DNA of 64,000 bases from the human T2T-CHM13v2.0 reference genome, Homo sapiens: assembly GCF_009914755.1 (NCBI RefSeq), contig NC_060927.1; one strand, 5' to 3'. Below are positions 55,619 to 64,000 of this stretch, piece by piece (position 1 is the stretch's first letter; each line of letters starts with the position of its first letter). The position numbers were made by a program, and so were the translations under genes. The notes beneath the pieces are model-generated. The model ran no database searches, was not told where the DNA came from, and saw only the letters and a program-made list of their open reading frames with translations.

Positions 55619-58061
55619 TAACTGTCTATGGACTTCAACACTAAAATTGGGCAAAGCAAATCACTTATTCACATCTTCTTCTAAAGAAAGAGTTTAAATT
55701 AGCCCCAGCTCTTCTTTTAGACTGAGTTGTTTGGATATCATATATAAAAATATAAATTAAGAGTTTTTCATTAAAAATAAAAATAAATATGTTTACTTCT
55801 AAGTATATAAGCTCAATTAACTGTGACCTGGGACAGAATCTGGCCAGCGAGGAAAAGAACTGGTACACCAAAAGTTGATCAATAGTAGTATCTGGATAAA
55901 TTACGGAAACATTTAAAGCACTGCACCCTGGTTTCATTGTTGAACTGATTGAATGCCACTTAATTTTTGAGTGTTTGTAATAACATGTCCAAAATAAAAT
56001 GAAAATAAATGAGATTGCCCCACTTCCTTATGCTTTCCCACAAGGGCAGCAACTGAACCCTTGATATAGTTAAGAGACAAAAAGGAAAAGTGTAAATCAA
56101 AAACCTGAATGACACAAGTGAAAAGACCATACCTACATTTCCAAAGCTAGCAAAACTTGTAGCAAGAGGCCTTTGCCATTTCACAGGTATCTACTGCACA
56201 ATGTGGCCAAGATACTTTTCCAAGGTACCACAGTGAGCTAAGAGCCAGAATATTTTGTTAAAAATTAGTACGAAGGTAAAGATAGTATAAAGGTCACCTG
56301 ATCAGCAAGTATGTTACATTGAAAGGTTTAAAGTTGTCATTCTAACAATAATATGTGTGTGTGTGTGTGCAGGCTACAACAATTACAAAACACAACCAGA
56401 AGAGCAGAATTGAAAATTTAAGTTTTTCTTATTAAAATAAATTACTATACATTTTTCCAAACATGCATCCCATTTGTTTAAATTTTAAGCATTTTAATAA
56501 GATTTACACAGGTTACACAAATAGACCACATGTAATTGGGAAATATTCTGGAAATAATTTGCTTGAATCTGTAACCATGTATTTCATTAGAGAACATACT
56601 GTATAAGTCCCAGGCAAGTTAAGAGATTCAGGTGAGTGAAGCTTTCCTTGAAGATATGATCATGCGACCACAGCAGATACCTCTCCAACATTATTATGTC
56701 TGTATTTACAACAGAGCAAAAGAGGATTCTCCTTCCAAGCTTAAGCAGAAATATGGCTCTGTTCTTCCTAAAAATGATCACCTTTCAGTATATCATTATT
56801 TTAAGAAATTCTATTAATCTCAATGCTCTTCTCTCTGGAAAATGGTGAAGAAACACTTAAAATGAAACAACTCTTCTGTGTTTCTTTTTAACCCTGATTG
56901 AATTAACCAAATAAATACACTTCTCTTTCATGGCTGTCATCAACCTATTGTTTTTTTCTTATGACTCTATTTTAATTTCAACTAGAGACCATGGTAAGGC
57001 AACAAATATCTGGGCCTAATATTTTCTAAATAGGTACAAAGTTTTCAGCATAGAAAGGGCTTTTTTTTTTCTTTTTTCTTTTTTTTAGTGCCATTTAAGT
57101 ACACTTCACAATTTCAGTATTACTGAAAGTATACTGACATGATCCTTTCAGTATAAGTATACTTATATACCTTCAGTAATACTGAAAGTATACTTATACG
57201 CTTTCAGTAATTTGGTTCTGGAAAAAGAGAAGTAGCAAAGGCAGTTAGAAAAATGACAAGTGTCTATAACAGACCTAAGATATTTAATTGAGATTTTTAA
57301 GATACTGTACCTCCCTTGTCCTATGAATACAGCTCTGTTTGACTTTTGTTAATTCTCTGAGTTCTTAAGAAGGAGAAAGTAGGCCCAATGATTCCATTTG
57401 GCATCCTGAGTAGATTCTGTTCAATGCCACATGTCTAAGTCCACTTTTGTCGATGTCAAGGGGTAGTATTTGAAATTTTGAATTATAAAAACATAAACTT
57501 GATCTAGGCATATGTAGATGAGTGCTTTGGGAGTTTTAGTGCACGTTGCACACTGTAGTTTATCTCCCTAACTTCCGAGGCTATCTTTTCTCTGGCTCCG
57601 GTCTCTCCAATTTCATTTGTTTTACTTCATCAGTAGAAACTGTCAACTATTCTTCACCTGGTAGCTTCTTAGGAAGGTTGCGCTCACTGTGTGTCTTTGC
57701 AGGCTTATTCTTCCTGCTGATGGTGTTTTTCCATTTCCTCAATTCTCTGCACTGTTTCTTGCATTCTTCATGACTGTGTAAGCTCTACCTTTTCAAAGAG
57801 CTTCTGGCAGTACTCTCCCTGAACAGCTCATTTGTGCCAAAACACCAAGGAGAAGTGCTCAGTTTTACTGAGTTAGTTCCAATCTTATCACTCTCCTAGC
57901 CAGGATAAAGTTTCCCAAGTGCATCTGTGATTAAATAAAAATTTGACATTTTAGCTTCCTCTTCCATTATATTTCTTCACACAGGAAACTGTTCTTCTAG
58001 AACATACAGTTTTCTCCTCTGTGCTTTGATTTATGCCATTTGCTCAGAATATGAGAGTATT

Positions 58062-58225
58062 GAGCTAACATTTATTGAGTCCTTACTATGTCCTAGGAAG
58101 AAGACTAAATATTTTACTGAAATTTGTCGTTTAGTCCCACATAAATACTCTGAACCAGGACTATTACATTCTCAATAACAGATGAGGACAGTCCTGCACA
58201 ACAAGGCTTAGAAACTTGTCCCCTA
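58062..58225 (-). mobile_element. MIR SINE fragment
   Basis: agctaacatttattgagtccttactatgt...acagatgagga; boundaries approximate. Confidence 0.65.
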
Positions 58226-58524
58226 AATTGCTAATCCATTTGTGTAAAGCACTATATTGCCCCCTTGAGCATCACTTCAAATCCAGTGGCATGCTATGAG
58301 GTCCGATAGAAATCGGTCACATTTTGACGAACACGGCTTAAGATTTTGAGGATGTGAGTTCTTTCTTTGAAATATCCATCCCTTTTTTCTTATATCAAAT
58401 ATTGTACTTATCTTTCAAGTGACTTCACTTGAAATTGAGGTCACTTAATTCATAAGTGCCCTCCTCAGTCTCTCTAGTGAGAATCTTGGCTCCACGTTCC
58501 ACATTACGGTGGCTTTCACTACTG

Positions 58525-58683
58525 TCTTTCTACTCAGGGTAAGTTCCATGGACCAGCATCACATGGAGATTGTTGGAAATGCAGACACTGGCTACACACT
58601 CAACCTCCTGAATCAAAATTTTCATTTTACTGGGAGTAAGCTGTATATGATTTATATGCATTATAAAGTTTGAAAAGCAATGT
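58525..58683. mobile_element. MER5-like DNA transposon fossil
   Basis: ccatggaccagcatcacatggag...gaaatgcaga...ctgaatcaaaa...aaagtttgaaaagca. Confidence 0.72.
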
Positions 58684-59510
58684 GCTAGATACCTATTTCG
58701 TTCTGTATCTAGTTTTTCAGAGTAACTCATTATTACTCCTGTTTGCCTGACACTTACGAAACAAAAGAGCCAGTATGTTATTTATCAGTTTCACCCAAAT
58801 TAACTAGCATAATACTTCCTATATGGTTGACAATCAGTACATCTTTATTAAATGTATTTATTGAACTAAGAGCAAATTCCATAGACATTACACTTTTATA
58901 TCTCCCATAACTTATAAAAGCAATATTATTTTCCTCTAAATTATAAGTTCTGGGAATGTAATTATTATGTCTATCTAATTTATATGGTGCTTGCCTACTA
59001 TCCAGAAGACACTTCAATGACTAATGATGAAGCACACAGTAAATTAATCAAGATGATTATTGTGTTGAAGAGAGTTTTTTAAAATATAATTTTATTTTGA
59101 GTTTATTTAGGTAACAAACACCTGTAAGTACTTATGTGCCAGGGAGTGGTCTAAGTTCTTTACAAATACTGACTTATTCACATTCTGAACTTCGATTGCT
59201 TGGTCAAGCATAAATCTAGGTTAAATCAATAAAAGTTGATTTGTGATACCTCTTTTAATTCTAATACATGTCATGTCACATCTGCTTCAGGTTGTTTTGT
59301 TGCAGATGATTAATTAACCTGCCATAGTTGATATAAAATGTCAATATTTAAGCAATTTTCTTTTTTATATATAATTTCAAAATCCTTCCAAATTATTTGG
59401 AAGTAAAATTTGCTGTAAATGGTATGCTACTTCTGCTTGGTATTGAAATAGAATAACATCAAAATGTTTCACAGAAATGCATATTCCATTTCAGAACAGA
59501 AATACTATGA

Positions 59511-59765
<255 letters not shown>

Positions 59766-60549
59766 TGAGTTATGAGTTCAGATGAAAAGATCAAGCTGTG
59801 CAAGGAAGTGGAACATAATGTAACTGGGTGGCTCCTGGTTTGTAACACTGAAATAAAATATTTAGCAGCAATGAAACTGTTTCCAAGTCTTGCAAGGATA
59901 TTATATTAATTGAATTGTTCTTACAGATTTACATATTTCCCTCAAGCAAGGGTTTAGAAATAAGACAAAAGAAACATTTGTAGTGAAAACGTAATGAAAA
60001 AAGTGACCAATAAGATAACCTCTAGATTCTAATGCACATTGAAGTTTGAAAGTCACTGCTTTACACCATTGAAAAGTACTAATGAACTAATAGTTACTTA
60101 ATTTTACAGCACTTAGGATTTTACAAAAAAAATTACTATAATTTGGAAGGCACCATTTGAACTGCAGTATAACTAAAACCTGTATAGTAATTTTGTCCAT
60201 ATTCATTCATATATGTTTTCCATAGAGAACTATATAACCAAATAATAATTTCTTTATAACACCAAATTTGCTCTATCATTTAACATTTCTTTTTATTTTA
60301 ACCCAAAAAGGATCTTTACATACTCTTTCCTAAATTTATGTTATTTCAATCTTCCTTTATATAATATTTTAGGCATACATAACGTCTTATTTATTTGATC
60401 AGTTGTTATCCTTTTAGGCAACTAAAAATGAGAAGTTTTCCCACTTACCTTTAAAATAAGCATATTTGTGAGCCCCGCCCATGAAAACGTAAACTAAGTG
60501 ACACTTCCTGAAAACTTCCTGGTTCCTGAAAACTTTGCTTCTCACACAG

Positions 60550-60743
60550 GTAATTAAAGCTGTAGATGAGGGCTATCGACTGCCACCCCCCATGGACTGC
60601 CCAGCTGCCTTGTATCAGCTGATGCTGGACTGCTGGCAGAAAGACAGGAACAACAGACCCAAGTTTGAGCAGATTGTTAGTATTCTGGACAAGCTTATCC
60701 GGAATCCCGGCAGCCTGAAGATCATCACCAGTGCAGCCGCAAG
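60550..60743 (+). CDS. EPHA3: EPHA3 coding exon 15 (kinase C-terminus and linker to SAM; [29 protein letters not shown]...IITSAAAR)
   Basis: Acceptor cacacag ending 60549, donor AAG|gtgaca at 60744; 194 nt. Confidence 0.98.
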
Positions 60744-61011
60744 GTGACACATTCAATTTGTTATCTGGCATTCACTCTGAAATTTGTGTTTGCTATCTCC
60801 AAGATGTTAATTTTTTTAGCCCACCCCCAAAATGCATTATTTGAAGCTTGTATTCCACCATATTAGAGAGATGTATTTCCCCTTTCTTTTTTAATCTTTA
60901 GAACTAATTCTCGTCCTCCTTAATAGTAATGATGAAATTCTGAGATATTTTTTAACATCTATCTTGACTCTACATTCAGGCTTGTTTAAGTCTTTGGGAA
61001 ATAGGAATACT

Positions 61012-61290
61012 GGAGGGGTGCGGTGGCTCGTGCCTGTAATCCAAGCACTTTGGTGGATCACTTGAGGTCAGGAGTTCGAGACCAGCCTGGCCAACATAGT
61101 GAAATGCCGTTTCTACTAAAAATACAAAAATTAGCCTGGTGTGGTGGCAGGCACCTGTAATCCTAGCTACTCGGGAGGCTGAGGCAGGAGAATCTGTGAA
61201 CCTGGGAGGCAGAGGTTGCAACGAGCTGATATCATGCCACTGCACTCCAGCCTGGTCAACAGAGCGAGACTCTCTCTCTAAATAAATAAA
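61012..61290 (+). mobile_element. Alu SINE (AluS-like, small 5' internal deletion)
   Basis: Alu consensus with (AAAT)n tail. Confidence 0.93.
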
Positions 61291-62253
61291 TATACTGAAC
61301 ACATACTTCTTTTCACCCTTCATGAATAAAGAAGTCCTGATTCATCTTTCATTCAAAATAAAGAAAAAGAAATTATCCAAAATATTGCACTGGCTAGCAA
61401 AATGCAAATTTTCCCCAGTTAATTAAACAAATATTTGTCTAGTCTATATTGCGTATCAATTACTTTGCTAGACACCATTGAAGATAAAACTAAGAGTAAG
61501 ATAAAGCCAGTGTCCCTGGACAACAACACAAATGTTAATACTCTGCAGCTGTAATGCAATCCTGGATGCACAAAGTCTATTTAATTTTATGCATATTCTT
61601 TTAGGTTAAGAATCACTGAGTTCTCTCAGTGGTTAGAACAATGTAAATTAAAGTGTATCTACAAAGTACAGTGGAAAAAAGAAGGAAGAAGAGATGAATT
61701 TTGTCAGGGGCCATATAAGAAGAAAATAAATATTAATATATTTGGTGCCTCTCAGAGTAATTAAAGGCAAAGATATCTTGTTTAATAATTTTGATTCTCA
61801 TTGTAAGCATAAGAAAAAAAGGTTCTTTTACATTTTGATAATGCATTCTCTTACAGGCTTTTAATTTTTCTCTCTGATTTATCACATGAGTTAGTACATG
61901 TTTTATACTTTTGAAACATTCCTCTTGACAACTATAGAGAGAAGCATTTCAGACCTATTTGGGACCTCTAGCTATGTGCCTACTCAATGGCTTGGACTTG
62001 TGAGTTCAATAGTATCTTGATTGGTACAATGGAGTTTTATCAGTAACGATGACTTGTGGGTCATTCTGCCTTCTTTGCATAACCAGTTGCTTCTCAATAT
62101 CGCTTCTCAACTGTGTTAGTTTTGGGTCTCAATAATAGTATCCCGCCCTGTTGTTTCCATTGCTACAAAGCTTAGTGACTAAAGCTGGCGTTCAATGCAT
62201 GGGAAATTCCTTGCATTTTGTCTTAAGTTATCTGTTTGAAGATCAAGCAGGGC

Positions 62254-62264
62254 GTGTGTGTGTG

Positions 62265-62294
<30 letters not shown>
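62254..62294. repeat. (TG)n microsatellite
   Basis: Direct reading. Confidence 0.93.
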
Positions 62295-62295
<1 letters not shown>

Positions 62296-62459
62296 TGGTG
62301 AGTGAATATGTAGGTACATTACAAGTTTGATTAACCATGCCTTAGTATCATATTTTTGTGAAAAAAATCAATCATATTTAAAACAATATTTTAAGATGTC
62401 TAAAATCAATGCCCCTGAAATCCACAGGGAATAAAATAGCAAAATTTTAACATATAAAC

Positions 62460-63230
62460 GTTTTTTATCCATTCTTCTGTCAGTGGATACCTATGTTGAT
62501 TTCATATCTTGGCTATTGTGAATAATGCTGCAATGAACATGGGAATATAGATATCTCTTTGAAATACTGACTTCATTTCCTTTGGCTATATACCCAGAGT
62601 GGGATTGCTGGATCATATGGTGATTCTATTTTTAGTTTTTTGTGGAACCTCCATACATTTTTCCATATGGCTGTTCCAATTTACATTCCCTTACATGCCA
62701 ATGTTCCCTTTCTCCACATCTTCACTAACAGTTGTTATCTTTTGACTTTTTGATAATAGCCATCCTAACAAGTGTGAGGTTCTAGCTCATTGTGGTTTTG
62801 ATTTTCATTTCTCTAATGACTAGCGATGTTGAGTACCTTTACATAAACCTGTTGGCCATTTGTCTTCCTCAGAAAAAAATGTCTATTCAGGTCCTTTGCC
62901 CATTTTTAATAGGGGTATTATTATTTTTGCTATCAAATTCTATGAGTTCCTTATATATTTTGGATATTAGCCACCTATGAGATATATTGACTGTAAATAT
63001 TTTCTCTTCTTCTGTGGATTGCCTTTCATTTTCTTGTTTTCTTTACTGTGCAGAAAATTTTTAATTTGATATAATCCCTCCTGTTTAATTTGGCTTTTGT
63101 TCCTATGATTTTGGTGTCATCTCTACAAAATTGTTACCAAGACCAGTGTCATAGAGCTTTCTTCCTGTATTTCCTGCTAGAAGCTTTACAGTATTAGGTC
63201 TTCAGTTTATCCATTTTGTGTTGATTATAT
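62460..63230 (-). mobile_element. L1 (L1MA/MB-type) fragment, ORF2 3' region
   Basis: ttggctattgtgaataatgctgcaatgaacatggga...gggattgctggatcatatgg...ataatagccatcctaac...ctcattgtggttttgatt. Confidence 0.88.
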
Positions 63231-64000
63231 TAAATGCACATTACCTGTTTTTTACATAATAGTTTAATAAGTTAAGTAGGAGAATCATAAACAAGATCTT
63301 AATATCAGTATATAAGAATCATAGATTATTTATTGATAATAACACTTAGTAGGAATCACTATGATTGAATTTAGTAATAAGTCCTTAAATAAAACTACCC
63401 ATAACTTATTCCATAAGGATAAATATCTATCCCAAACTTCACAGAGACTGTATAGACTCTTAGAAATTCACCTGACAGTTTAACAACTAACAGGATAACA
63501 AACCTGTCCTTTCCTGGGCCATATGGTCCTCATTCTGTACCCTGAAGGCATTTATTTTGATCTTTACAGCATAGATAGTAATCACAGAAAAAAAAAGACT
63601 TTACCTATCATAAAAACATTCAAACCATTTTCAAAGCTAACTCATGTAATGTAATGTAATGTAGGGGTATCTAATACCAGTTTCACAGAGAAAAGTAGTC
63701 TTACTATCAGATCATAATATGTGAGGCTATGTCCTAGCATCCAAATTTTAACATACTTTCATAATTCACTTTTCCACTCTTATTGAAATATATCAAATAC
63801 TTTTTCTTATATATTTTTCTTTAATACATGAACTAATTTGATGTATTTTGTCATAAAACATAATTTTAGAAAAAAATCAATATTTTCTATGAAAAGACAA
63901 CCATCTCAATGTACAGAATATAAACATTTGGGCAATTATATTTATATTTTTACTTATTACCATTAAAATGCACGATGGGTTAGATTTTGTCATAATACAT

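Noticed and set aside
60451-60771. 106-aa antisense ORF (likewise 9687-9929 and 29637-29834)
   Set aside because: Shadow frames opposite real EPHA3 exons

Overview
AT-rich primate (human-type, Alu-rich) genomic DNA lying entirely inside the EPHA3 receptor tyrosine kinase gene on the + strand. Ten coding exons can be placed base-exactly from GT-AG boundaries and a continuous reading frame. By my recollection of the gene structure they are exons 6-15, covering the second fibronectin-III repeat, the transmembrane helix, the juxtamembrane Tyr596/Tyr602 region and the whole kinase domain. The intron-7 read-through that makes the known secreted isoform ending in CMYYFNAV is also present. The rest is intronic: about 20 Alu elements or fragments, MIRs, MER5/MER20/MER58 DNA-transposon fossils, an LTR16-type LTR, L1 fragments and microsatellites. 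I find no new gene. The most interesting sequence-level signals concern RNA processing: (i) consecutive exons 11 and 12, and also exon 15, begin with donor-like sequences that regenerate 5' splice sites after ligation, a possible recursive-splicing ratchet; (ii) candidate intronic stop/poly(A) cassettes in introns 8, 9 and 15 would give kinase-less or SAM-less receptors; (iii) a NAGNAG acceptor at exon 7; (iv) several unusual palindromes and Alu-internal duplications. All functional interpretations are hypotheses needing RNA or conservation data. Residue and exon numbers come from recalled human EPHA3, not from a database search.
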